In this document: piece by piece, positions 20,819 through 30,425 of the stretch
Numbering within the stretch: the first letter of the stretch is position 1
How the letters are laid out: each line of letters opens with the position of its first letter
NCBI GenBank assembly: GCA_902785935.1
Contig: CADAAN010000005.1
Location: forward strand, 1-60,396
Source of the DNA: an uncultured Pseudomonadota bacterium
GTDB taxonomy: Bacteria; Pseudomonadota; Alphaproteobacteria; RF32; CAG-239
Reading direction: 5' to 3'
DNA length: 60,396 bases
Translations under genes and position numbers: made by a program
The notes under the pieces: model-generated
Seen by the model: the letters and a program-made list of their open reading frames with translations, nothing else
Told to the model about the DNA's origin: nothing
The model's database searches: none

Positions 20819-21340
20819 TCAGATTTTTTTTAAGTATTTTGCATCAATGATACCGCCTTTGATAATCAGCAAATAATAACGCACAAAAGCAAATCTGCGT
20901 TGCAATTTGTCATCACAAACGCTCCAATCAATCGGCGAAAAGTCTATTTTTTCAACGCCGTTGATTTTATATAAAATTTCATCGACCGTATTTTTATTAA
21001 AATGTTGAAGCTCCAGAACAGACGGACTGACATAAACAGCCTCAATTAAACCATCTTTATTTAAGGATTCGACATCAATTTCAAAAAGGTCGCATTTGTC
21101 GGCAAAATCTTTAAGGCAATGTATACTGTTCTTTGTGTACTTAATCGGTTCCGTAAAAGCGCGCACACCCCTGCTCCGCCCTTCAAAACACCTTTCCATC
21201 CATTGACAAACCTCGTCATGAGTTTTGGCGTTACTTCTTTTGATATAATAAGATAAATCGGCATTTTTATGAGCACTAAACGAGTACAAGCCTTTTTTTA
21301 AGACATCGTTTGGCCTTAAAACGTAATGATAAAGTTTCAT
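20819..21340 (-). CDS. Uncharacterised protein, LYHY/FEGRSR/TEP/KYLKKI family, paralog 1
   Basis: 173 aa, collinear with 37946..38464. Shared motifs: M+LYHY, WME..FEGRSR, TEP, KDG..EAV, ID(F/Y)SP..W, Y(Y/H)LL..K.G.I..KYLKKI. Confidence 0.7.
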   Translation of the reverse strand: MKLYHYVLRPNDVLKKGLYSFSAHKNADLSYYIKRSNAKTHDEVCQWMERCFEGRSRGVRAFTEPIKYTKNSIHCLKDFADKCDLFEIDVESLNKDGLIEAVYVSPSVLELQHFNKNTVDEILYKINGVEKIDFSPIDWSVCDDKLQRRFAFVRYYLLIIKGGIIDAKYLKKI

Positions 21341-21431
21341 TTCAACCTCTTTTCGTCTTATTTTAGTTAAACATGATACTTTTAAAACAAGCTTAACAAA
21401 ATATTTTTTTGAACAATGTCGTAATGCACCA

Positions 21432-21617
21432 ATGCAATCCGCTCCGTCAACAACTCAATATTCAAACACCTATTACATCAAAAATGCTGATGGCAGTACA
21501 ACCATGAAAAATGCAAATGGTGATATCATAGGCTTTGAGGGCAAGCGTATTTACACCATCGATGAGGCGAATGCCGTTGCGGGTAAAGTCAATTCTGTTA
21601 CGATTCGCTACCGATAG
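21432..21617 (+). pseudogene. Orphan 61-codon ORF that carries only the C-terminal tag region
   Basis: ...NANGDIIGFEGKRIYTIDEANAVAGKVNSVTIRYR*. No SD sequence, signal peptide or LRR part. Confidence 0.5.
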
Positions 21618-21734
21618 TCCGTCTGCTTGATCTGTCAAACATAAAAGTTCTTATGCATTGTTATTTTTTATCTTGAAAAATAAAGGCAAATCAGTTAAAT
21701 TTTGCCTTATGGAATATGCAATGAAAGATAAAAA

Positions 21735-23021
21735 ATGTCGCTTCGTTTTCAATGTGTGCAGGTGTTGCAAAAAATTTTAGAGGGCAAGATTTTTTTTGCC
21801 GAGCTCAAAAATGATTTTAAACCTAATGATACGGCTTTTGCAAATGAGTTGATTCTAACGGCTTTAAGGCGGAAAGCCGTGATTGATGAGGCTCTTAATA
21901 CCTTGCTCAAAAAAAAGATTGCGCAAAAATATAATGTGTTAAATTATATTTTGCTTGCCGCATCGACAGAGCTTATTTATCTTAATACACCCGATTATGC
22001 GGTCATTAACGAATATGTCAACATCGCTAAAAAAACATGCGGACTTTTTTCATCAAAAATGATCAATGCTGTTCTCCGTCAAATGGCATTGAAAAAAGAT
22101 GCGCTTAAAAACAAGGTTCAACTGCCGCAAAATTTTGTACAAATCCTCAAAAAAGATTATACCTTGGAACAAATCGGGCAAATAAGAGACTGTCTTTTAA
22201 CGCAACCGATGCTTGATTTAAGCTTTGTAAATCAAGAGGATATATCGGCTTTAAATGCTGATTTGACGATTTTTGAAAACAAGACGGTGCGCCTTAAAAA
22301 TCCGCCGGCAAACATCAGACAAATTTCGGGTTATAATGAGGGAAAATGGTGGGTGCAGGATTTATCGGCCGCATTGCCCGTTTCATGCTTAAATGATATC
22401 GCGCAAAAAAAAGTTTTGGATATGTGCGCCGCCCCCGGTGGCAAAACGGCACAGCTTTTATCAAAGGGTGCAATTGTCACCGCGCTTGATATCAGTCCCT
22501 CGCGCTTAAACCGCTTAAAAGAAAATATGTCACGCCTGAAATTAGAAAAAAACTTGACAACACATTGTATTGAAGCAAGTGATTTTTTAAGCAAAACAGA
22601 TGAATTGTACGATTTAATTCTGCTTGATGCCCCTTGTTCGGCAACGGGGACTTTTCGCCGACATCCTGAAGTTTTGCATATCAAAACGATTGATGATGTC
22701 AAAGCTTCTGTCTTGGTGCAAAAAAAACTTCTTGATTTAGCGGCGGCACACGTCAAAAAAGGCGGAAAACTTCTTTACGCCACATGCTCGATTGCCAAAG
22801 ACGAAGGTGAAGGTCAAATCGATGCTTTTTTAAAAACGCATGCTGATTTTGTTTTAGATGCTATGCAAATTGCACCTTGTGACATTAAAAATGCAAAAAA
22901 AATCGATAAAGCAGTGTTTTATAAAAAAATGTTAAGAACTTTACCTTATCATATGGCAGATGATGGTGGTACAGATGCATTTTTTGCCGCATTATTGACA
23001 AGAAAGGAAAAAGAATGTTGA
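21735..23021 (+). CDS. rsmB: 16S rRNA (cytosine967-C5)-methyltransferase RsmB
   Basis: NusB-like N-terminal part plus DMCAAPGGKT, DAPCSATGTFRRHPE and LLYATCS motifs. Confidence 0.9.
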   Translation: MSLRFQCVQVLQKILEGKIFFAELKNDFKPNDTAFANELILTALRRKAVIDEALNTLLKKKIAQKYNVLNYILLAASTELIYLNTPDYAVINEYVNIAKKTCGLFSSKMINAVLRQMALKKDALKNKVQLPQNFVQILKKDYTLEQIGQIRDCLLTQPMLDLSFVNQEDISALNADLTIFENKTVRLKNPPANIRQISGYNEGKWWVQDLSAALPVSCLNDIAQKKVLDMCAAPGGKTAQLLSKGAIVTALDISPSRLNRLKENMSRLKLEKNLTTHCIEASDFLSKTDELYDLILLDAPCSATGTFRRHPEVLHIKTIDDVKASVLVQKKLLDLAAAHVKKGGKLLYATCSIAKDEGEGQIDAFLKTHADFVLDAMQIAPCDIKNAKKIDKAVFYKKMLRTLPYHMADDGGTDAFFAALLTRKEKEC

Positions 23022-24088
23022 TGCAAACTGCAGGACTTATCGCATTGTTTTTGACAACCTACATTGTTTTCGGGCAAATTGTGCGGTTGCTCAATTCTGC
23101 ATTACAAACAAAAACGGTCTATGAGGTCAAGTTTGATATTGTATTTTATATTTTGGCCGTTCTTGCGAGTGCTTGTTTTGGCTTGTATTATACCTTGCCC
23201 GATTTGAAGGACAGTATTGCAACGCTTGGTACAACAAATTTGGTGTTGCCTTTTTTCTTTGCACTTTTGCTTTATCTTGTATCACTTTTTGATGAAAAGA
23301 AAATCCTTGCGATTACAACACTTATTTTATCCGAGGCGGCTGTTTTTATACTTGTTTTACCCGATGCATTGCCTTATGCCAATTTCATTCATCCGATATC
23401 AGGCCTTTCGCTTTTAGGTGTGTTTTTGGCATTGTCTGTTTATGCAATGATGTTGCTTAGCGCCCTGCCCTTTGTTTTTTATACTTTTTTATCAAGCGCA
23501 CTTTTAGGGCTTATTTTAATCTTTTATGCCGGAGGGTTACCTTATATGACGGCGCTTTTGGCAACAGTCTTTATCTCCGTCTTTTTGTGTTTAACACAAA
23601 TGTCTGCTGCCGGCAAAGCTATTTTTATCAGACGTGGCGGTTTTGTTGCGCTTTCTTTTTTGTTTTTGGTTGTTTTTTCAAACATCAGCATCAATGAACT
23701 TTGCGCACCGTCATTTGCAATTCTTATCGGATTTGCTTGGTGTGAAATGATTTTGGCCTGTATTGTCAAATACATTTTAAAACGTTCTTTACAAACGCTT
23801 GATACCCAAACGATTTGTGCACTTGTTTATGAAAAGGGTTTGCCTGACACAGCGATTATGGCGGCAGTTTTTAAGATTTTAGCATTGGATATTTTGCTTT
23901 CACTTTTTGAGCTTTATGCACCGAATGCTTTAACCTTGCCTCTTTTATCGCTTGTGATGAATGTTTGGCTTTTAACAAAGCTTTATCATTTTGATGAACC
24001 AACACCGACAATTAAAGAGGCAAATCATGAACTTATGAATGGTATTAAAAGTGAACTAAAAAAAGTTAAAAAGAACTTCAAATCATGA
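23015..24088 (+). CDS. Polytopic membrane protein of unknown function (357 aa)
   Basis: About 9-10 hydrophobic helices. The start overlaps the rsmB stop (ATGTTGA). Confidence 0.6.
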   Translation: MLMQTAGLIALFLTTYIVFGQIVRLLNSALQTKTVYEVKFDIVFYILAVLASACFGLYYTLPDLKDSIATLGTTNLVLPFFFALLLYLVSLFDEKKILAITTLILSEAAVFILVLPDALPYANFIHPISGLSLLGVFLALSVYAMMLLSALPFVFYTFLSSALLGLILIFYAGGLPYMTALLATVFISVFLCLTQMSAAGKAIFIRRGGFVALSFLFLVVFSNISINELCAPSFAILIGFAWCEMILACIVKYILKRSLQTLDTQTICALVYEKGLPDTAIMAAVFKILALDILLSLFELYAPNALTLPLLSLVMNVWLLTKLYHFDEPTPTIKEANHELMNGIKSELKKVKKNFKS

Positions 24089-25428
24089 GGCATGCGATGT
24101 TTGATTTTTTATTTAAAAACAAAAACACACAAAAAAACATTTCCCCCTTGCCTGAGTTTAAGCCTATTAAAATTGTGCTATCGGCAAATGCTGATGCCGT
24201 ATTGACGACACCCAAGCGCATGATTGAAGAAAGCCTGCACACTTACCCTTTTTTTGAGATTATTTTTGAGCTTGATACGTTTGATGAAGATTATTTGCTT
24301 GAAGGACATCAAAATTTTTTTGATTTTTGGGATAGCGGTCTGAAAATACTCAAAAAACATAAGGCTGATATTTTGCTTAGGCTGAAAAAAGGCCAAAATG
24401 ATGTACGCTTGCATTTTCAGACCTCTAAAATGTACCAAAAACAAGATCTGCCGTTTTTTTCCGCCGTTTACCCCTTAAAGTTGCCGTTTCATTATTTTGA
24501 AGCTCAAAAATTACCTGACCAAATTACGGCATTAATTGTCGGTGTTTTACTTGCCTTAAAAAAAGACGAAAGTCCGTTTTATCGAAAAAAATCTGTTGAA
24601 ATTTTGCGCCTTTTAAGTAAGAATAAAATACCAAGCCAAACCGATAAAGAAAGCCTTGTTTGCATTTTATACTTTTTAAGCTTGATTTATATCAATCACA
24701 ATCGCTTAGCCTTAAAGAAAAAAGATGTGCAAATTACGCAAAATTTGCTCAAGACAGCTTTTGAACATGTTTCAAGCGATGACTTTATATTGCAAAGTGC
24801 ACTTTATGGTGCTTTAGCTCAAATGTACGAATGTGCGGCAGATAACCCGAAAGCCGATGCGCTTGTTTTGCTTGAACGAGCGATTGAGAGTTATAAAAAA
24901 GCCTTAAAATACATCAATCGATATGTTTTTGTATATGATTGGGGGTATTTAAACCTTGTTTTATCACGCGTTCATGCCCGTTTTCATCATTTAAGTGACA
25001 ATCATCAGGCGCTTCGCGATGCAATTGCTTATCTTAAAAACGCACAACAGATTTTTACGCTTTCGTCATCACCTTATTTATGGGCGGTGATTGAAGACAG
25101 GCTTGGCATTTATTTATCCCTATTGAGTGCAAAATCAGACAATAAAGAAATTGCTTTTATGGCTATTGAATGTTTCAAAAATAAGCAAAAAGTGTATTCA
25201 AAAGAATACGCGCCGGATATGTGGGCTGAAACACAATTTACCATCGGCGGTATTTATGATCATTTGGGACGGAGGCTTTTTAACCCTTCACTGATGGATA
25301 AAGCACTTGACTGTTATAATGATGCGCTTGAAATATTCAAAGAGTTAGGGCAGACATCAAAAGTTCGTGAGATTGAAAACACGATTGCTCGTACCATGGA
25401 TATGATTTTTTATCACCGCAAAGATTAA
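24085..25428 (+). CDS. Hypothetical protein, helical-repeat (TPR-like) C-terminal half (447 aa)
   Basis: ATGA overlap with the previous gene. Repeated amphipathic helix pairs such as ALDCYNDALEIFKELG. No enzyme motif seen. Confidence 0.55.
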   Translation: MRHAMFDFLFKNKNTQKNISPLPEFKPIKIVLSANADAVLTTPKRMIEESLHTYPFFEIIFELDTFDEDYLLEGHQNFFDFWDSGLKILKKHKADILLRLKKGQNDVRLHFQTSKMYQKQDLPFFSAVYPLKLPFHYFEAQKLPDQITALIVGVLLALKKDESPFYRKKSVEILRLLSKNKIPSQTDKESLVCILYFLSLIYINHNRLALKKKDVQITQNLLKTAFEHVSSDDFILQSALYGALAQMYECAADNPKADALVLLERAIESYKKALKYINRYVFVYDWGYLNLVLSRVHARFHHLSDNHQALRDAIAYLKNAQQIFTLSSSPYLWAVIEDRLGIYLSLLSAKSDNKEIAFMAIECFKNKQKVYSKEYAPDMWAETQFTIGGIYDHLGRRLFNPSLMDKALDCYNDALEIFKELGQTSKVREIENTIARTMDMIFYHRKD

Positions 25429-25431
25429 AAA

Positions 25432-25836
25432 ATGAAAAAGATAGAACTTGACGTTACCTTTTTAATTGCACGCATTAAACAAGAAAATTTAATGTTTTAT
25501 CCTGTAATGATGTCGCTGATTTTATCTGCTCTTGATAAAGAAGAAGATGATATTTTTTTTGAACTTTCCAAAGGGCATTTTTTAAAAACAAAGTTTCATC
25601 CTGAATTTGAAAAATTTTATCAAAACTATGTGTTTGATTGTTATCAAAATCGAAAAAAGAGTAAAATTCCGCTTGAAAAAATTTTATTTGCCCTCGATAA
25701 TCAAAACAAGCGGGCAGATTTTATACTTTGTGCATTCAAAGAAAAAGACGGCAAAATCTTTTTACCCCTTCTCACGCGTCATGAGCTTAATGAAGATTTT
25801 CAAGACAAGTGCCAAAAATCCTGCCTCAGCTTTTAA
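25432..25836 (+). CDS. Hypothetical small protein (134 aa)
   Basis: ORF 3 nt after the previous stop. No family assigned. Confidence 0.5.
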   Translation: MKKIELDVTFLIARIKQENLMFYPVMMSLILSALDKEEDDIFFELSKGHFLKTKFHPEFEKFYQNYVFDCYQNRKKSKIPLEKILFALDNQNKRADFILCAFKEKDGKIFLPLLTRHELNEDFQDKCQKSCLSF

Positions 25837-25876
25837 TTTTTTTATTAACAAGCTTTTCCTTCCATGCCATAATAAG

Positions 25877-25927
25877 GCCAATCAGGTCGTGGGAGAAACA
25901 AATACCTTTTCGATTCGATACCGATAA
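25877..25927 (+). pseudogene. 16-codon remnant of the C-terminal tag
   Basis: gcc aat cag gtc gtg gga gaa aca aat acc ttt tcg att cga tac cga taa translates to ANQVVGETNTFSIRYR*. The IYTIDE part is missing. Confidence 0.6.
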
Positions 25928-26008
25928 AATGTCCGTTATCCTTTAAAAAAAGACTCGAGTTATATTCCGAGTCTTTTTCGTTTTATAAAAGAAAATCAAA
26001 ATGAAAAA

Positions 26009-26542
26009 TCAGTTCGATTGATGGTCGTTATAATAATTTTTGGCCGTCGAAATATCCTTTAAGAAATCTTCCATTTCCTGTTCATGTTCAATTTCTTCTT
26101 TTAAGATGTGACGCGCCAAATTAAATGTCACATAATCCTTGCCGGACGTCATATCACAAATGCCTTGATAACGCCCGACTGCACAACGTTCCGCATCAAG
26201 ATTTTGGTTAATCAGCGAAACAGTATCTTCTTTAATCGGTGCTTCATACTTACATTTGGCAATTTTGCTTAAATCGTCAAAATTAATAATCGGGGTGCCG
26301 CCGAGTTCAATAATCCTGTCTGCAAGCATTTGTGCATGCTCATATTCTTCTTTAGCGTGCTCTTCAAATTCTTCAACGACTGATGGTCTTAAAATACCCT
26401 GAGCCAGCTTAGCCCCTATAAAATATTGATAGTATGCAAGCCATTCTTCAGCATATGCTTCGTTTAATGTTTTGATTAAATCATTGACGTCTGTTTTTGA
26501 AATACGTCTTGCCATATCGCCCATTTTATTTTTTCCTTTCAT
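26009..26542 (-). CDS. Ferritin-like (bacterioferritin/Dps-like) diiron protein
   Basis: Four-helix ExxH pattern: EEFEEHAKEEYEHAQMLADRIIELGG ... ILKEEIEHEQEMEDFL. The start may instead be ATG 26524, which has a better SD. Confidence 0.7.
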   Translation of the reverse strand: MKGKNKMGDMARRISKTDVNDLIKTLNEAYAEEWLAYYQYFIGAKLAQGILRPSVVEEFEEHAKEEYEHAQMLADRIIELGGTPIINFDDLSKIAKCKYEAPIKEDTVSLINQNLDAERCAVGRYQGICDMTSGKDYVTFNLARHILKEEIEHEQEMEDFLKDISTAKNYYNDHQSN

Positions 26543-26696
26543 AAATTGTTTTTATAAAAAATATGATGAAAGTTTAAAATTTCAAGCATCTGTCAAATTT
26601 TTTATTTTTAACTTTTTAAGAAAAAAATGCTCAAAATTAAAAAAATATATTGACGAACGACAAAAGATAGGCTAAAAAACGCCTTATTGAAACTTT

Positions 26697-26785
26697 GGAA
26701 CGTTGGCAGAGTGGTAATGCAGCGGATTGCTAATCCGTCATCCCCTTAAAAGGATGCATAGGTTCGAGTCCTATACGTTCCGCCA
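26697..26785 (+). tRNA. tRNA-Ser (anticodon GCU), CCA encoded
   Basis: Acceptor GGAACGT/ACGTTCC, anticodon loop TTGCTAA, long variable arm, TTCGAGT T-loop. Confidence 0.95.
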
Positions 26786-26833
26786 TTAAAAAAGCACCTG
26801 AAAAGGTGTTTTTTTTATATCAAAAATCATATT

Positions 26834-27571
26834 CTATATCATTTCCAAACGTTTTTCCAAAAAACCTTTGATACGCTTATGAACCGTGTCCATTACGCCT
26901 TCATCACGAAAACTGTAATAATCGTTAGAAGTAATGATTAAATGGTCATTGACCTTAATGCCCGCTTGTTCAAGCAAAAAGACAATTTCTGTTGTCAATG
27001 ATATATCTGCCGCTGATGGACGCGTATGTCCTCCCGGATGATTATGATAAAGTATAACGGATGACGCACCGTAATTGAGGGCATAACGCAATATTTCTTT
27101 AGGATATGCAACAACGCTATCTACAGTACCTCGCGCCATAATACGCTCATCAATAACCTTTAATCCCGCATCTAAAAATACAACGTGAAACTCTTCTTGC
27201 GGAGAATTTGCAACCGCATTCATACAATATTCAATCATCTGGTCTGAATTGACTAAGACATTATCGTTATTTTCTTTCAAGGCACGCTTATGCAATATTT
27301 GCGATACGCGAACATATGTTTTAAGTAAGGTGATTAAACCATCGGACAGTCCGTTTTCCCTCAATCTTTCTTGCGATTCGTTGAGCAATTTTGCAAGTGT
27401 GCCGAATTTTGCAATAAGCTCTTTGGCCTTTGGTTTTGTATCTTGTCTCGGAATTTGATACATCAGTATCAACTCTAACAACTCATAATCTGCCATCGTA
27501 GCACCTTCATCTTTTAAAAAACGCTCTTTAACACGCTGTCGATGACCTTCGTAATCCTTCTTTTCCGGCAC
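26834..27571 (-). CDS. radC: RadC-family JAB-domain protein
   Basis: SVILYHNHPGGHTRPSAADISLT JAMM-like motif and an N-terminal HhH-like part. Confidence 0.9.
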   Translation of the reverse strand: MPEKKDYEGHRQRVKERFLKDEGATMADYELLELILMYQIPRQDTKPKAKELIAKFGTLAKLLNESQERLRENGLSDGLITLLKTYVRVSQILHKRALKENNDNVLVNSDQMIEYCMNAVANSPQEEFHVVFLDAGLKVIDERIMARGTVDSVVAYPKEILRYALNYGASSVILYHNHPGGHTRPSAADISLTTEIVFLLEQAGIKVNDHLIITSNDYYSFRDEGVMDTVHKRIKGFLEKRLEMI

Positions 27572-27743
27572 GTATTCCTCCTAAAAAATCTTTTTAATAC
27601 GTTTTTTATATAACTTTAAGGATTTTCAATCAACTTTATCGCATATTATATCCACTTTTTAATAAAATTTAAAAAGGATACGATAAAACAAAAAGACAGC
27701 CTCAAAAGTTTTTTTAAGGCTGCTTATGACATAAAAACGAATT

Positions 27744-30341
27744 CTATTTTTGCGTTGTTGCGCTCAAATCAAGCGCAATATCACCAACACTTAAAGTATC
27801 AGCTTCTTTCAGTTCAAGCGCATTTTCAAGCAAACCGCCGACATTTTCGATATCTTCAATACCGCTTTTTATGGTATCTATGATATTTTTCGGGGCAAAT
27901 ACGGTTGCTTTCATCACCGGTGTACGCTGTGAAACACCTGCCGTTGTTTTGGCTTTGCGAATTTCACCCGCAATCAATGAGATATAGTCATAAAGCGCAT
28001 CTGTCTTTGCATTTAAGGCATAAGCGGATAAATCCGGCCACAACGTGTTGTGTAAAGACATATTGCCTTCACCCCAAGGTCTTGCCTGATAAATTTCTTC
28101 CGTCACAAACGGCGTAAACGGTGCAAATGCTGACAAGAACGTGTCAATCGTTTTCATCAAGGTTGCAGCCGCCGAACGATCAGATTCGCTGTAAGCACGT
28201 TTTTTTACAATCTCAAGATAGTTGTCGCAAAAGTCCCAAAAGCGTTTTTCAATCAAATCAAGCGCCGTTGCATAATCGTATGTTTCAAGTGCAACTGTCG
28301 CCCCTTTAATCATTTCCGCCATTTTAGACATCCATGCCAAATCTGTCGGTGATGTAATAAACGGTTCATAATCCTTAACATCTTTCAAGGCGCTACTTGA
28401 AACAATATTAAACACAAATTTGCTCGCGTTAAATATTTTATTGACAAGTTTTTTGCCCTGCGCCATAATTTGCTCTTCAAATGCCGTATCAACGCCCAAA
28501 CGTGCGCGTGATGCCCAATAACGCACGCTATCTGCGCCGTAATTATCTATTAAATGTTGAGGCGTAACAACGTTGCCCTTTGATTTTGACATTTTTTTGC
28601 GATCCGGATCTAAAATAAATCCGCTGATCAAAACCTCATGCCACGGAATTGTGTTTGAGTGCATCAAAGCTTTTGCTATCGTATAAAATGCCCATGTACG
28701 GATGATATCATGCGCCTGCGGACGAATATCAAACGGCAAGCCGATGGCATCATTTTTGACTTTATCTAAAACAAGTTGAGGCGTTAAGGCTGAAGTCGCC
28801 CATGTATCCATCACATCCTTGTCGCCGATAAACCCACCAGGCTGTCCACGCATACTTTCATCAAACCCTAAAGGCGTATCAATCATCGGATCAACCGGTA
28901 ATTGTGAGCGATCAGCCACAATCGGTTCATCAAAAACAGGCTCACCCTTAGCGTCTAACTTATACCAAACGGGGAACGGCACACCAAAAAAGCGTTGACG
29001 AGAAATACACCAGTCTTGATTGAGACCTTTAACCCATTCTTCATAGCGAATTTGCATATGCTGCGGTTTGAATTTGATTTTACGGCCGGCTTCAATCATT
29101 TTTTCTTTTTTATCTTGCAACTTGATAAACCATTGACGCGAAGTCACAAATTCAAGCGGGCGATTGCCTTTTTCATAAAATTTAACCGAGTGCGTAATCG
29201 GACGCGGCTCTGAAACCAAATCACCGCTTTGTCTTAAAAATTCCACAACCTTTTCACGCGCCTTTTTGGCCGGCAAGCCGGCAAGCTCGGCATAATACGC
29301 ATTGGCTTTATCCGGATTGTTTGACACAAACGGTTCTGCGCCAAATGTCACATCAAGCAAACAACCGTCACGGCCGATGATTTGTTTTAAAGGTAAGCCT
29401 GACTGCTTCCACCAAGCCACATCCGCCGCATCACCAAACGTACATACCATCAAAATACCGGTACCTTTATCCTTTTCGGCGTGTTCGGAAGGAACAACTT
29501 CAACCTCATTTTCAAACAAAGGTACGACAACTTTTTTGCCGAAATAAGGTTGATAACGTTCATCATCCGGATGAGCCACAAGCGCGATACATGCAGGCAA
29601 AAATTCAGGCCTCGTTGTTGAGATAATAATCCCATCATCGCTGTCTTTGAACTTAAACTTGATATCATGAAAGAAACCCGAAACTTCTTTATCTTCAACT
29701 TCGGCCTGTGCAACGGCAGATTGAAAGGTTACATCCCACATGGTTGGAGATTCAATTGATTTCACCTCACCTTTTTCATAAAGGTCAATAAACGATTCCT
29801 GCGAAACCTTAATTGAATCAGGGCTGATTGTTGCATACTTAATGTTCCAATCATATGAATGTCCGATGTTTTTAAATACATTTTCAAAAATTTGCTCATC
29901 AGAGGCTGTCAACTTTTCACACGCTTCAATAAAGTTTTTGCGCGAAACTTCACGGCGAGGTGTTTCATCATTTTCTATATGTTCAAGTTTTAAATTTTCA
30001 TCATAAGCAAGCTCAGGATTGCAAGCTATGTTGTAATAGTTTTGAACGCGTCTTTCTGTCGGCAAGCCATTGTCATCAAAGCCGATGGGGTACAAAACCG
30101 TCTTGCCTTTCATGCGCTCAAAACGAGCTACGACATCTGTCTGTGTATAACTGAAAATATGCCCGATATGAAGTGATCCCGAAACGGTCGGCGGCGGCGT
30201 ATCAATGATAAAAGTATCATTGCGCGTGCGAGAATTATCATAGGCGTAAACATTGTTTTTAATCCAAAAATCTTTGCATCTTTCCTCAATTTCGGCCAAA
30301 TTCATCCGATCATCTAAATTTTTATTTGTTTTATAAGGCAT
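27744..30341 (-). CDS. valS: Valine--tRNA ligase (short form)
   Basis: TPPPTVSGSLHIGH (HIGH) and KMSKSKGN (KMSKS) motifs, with a ValRS-like editing-domain layout. Confidence 0.85.
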   Translation of the reverse strand: MPYKTNKNLDDRMNLAEIEERCKDFWIKNNVYAYDNSRTRNDTFIIDTPPPTVSGSLHIGHIFSYTQTDVVARFERMKGKTVLYPIGFDDNGLPTERRVQNYYNIACNPELAYDENLKLEHIENDETPRREVSRKNFIEACEKLTASDEQIFENVFKNIGHSYDWNIKYATISPDSIKVSQESFIDLYEKGEVKSIESPTMWDVTFQSAVAQAEVEDKEVSGFFHDIKFKFKDSDDGIIISTTRPEFLPACIALVAHPDDERYQPYFGKKVVVPLFENEVEVVPSEHAEKDKGTGILMVCTFGDAADVAWWKQSGLPLKQIIGRDGCLLDVTFGAEPFVSNNPDKANAYYAELAGLPAKKAREKVVEFLRQSGDLVSEPRPITHSVKFYEKGNRPLEFVTSRQWFIKLQDKKEKMIEAGRKIKFKPQHMQIRYEEWVKGLNQDWCISRQRFFGVPFPVWYKLDAKGEPVFDEPIVADRSQLPVDPMIDTPLGFDESMRGQPGGFIGDKDVMDTWATSALTPQLVLDKVKNDAIGLPFDIRPQAHDIIRTWAFYTIAKALMHSNTIPWHEVLISGFILDPDRKKMSKSKGNVVTPQHLIDNYGADSVRYWASRARLGVDTAFEEQIMAQGKKLVNKIFNASKFVFNIVSSSALKDVKDYEPFITSPTDLAWMSKMAEMIKGATVALETYDYATALDLIEKRFWDFCDNYLEIVKKRAYSESDRSAAATLMKTIDTFLSAFAPFTPFVTEEIYQARPWGEGNMSLHNTLWPDLSAYALNAKTDALYDYISLIAGEIRKAKTTAGVSQRTPVMKATVFAPKNIIDTIKSGIEDIENVGGLLENALELKEADTLSVGDIALDLSATTQK

Positions 30342-30425
30342 TTAACATTCTCCAAATTAACTTTTATGCGGTTATAAAGTGAAAAAAAACAGCTGTCAAG
30401 GCGGATTTTTACACTTTGCCGTACA

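Noticed and set aside
25607-25870. ORF 25607..25927 as a real 106-aa gene
   Set aside because: It overlaps 25432..25836 out of frame. Only its last 16 codons (the tag remnant) are meaningful.
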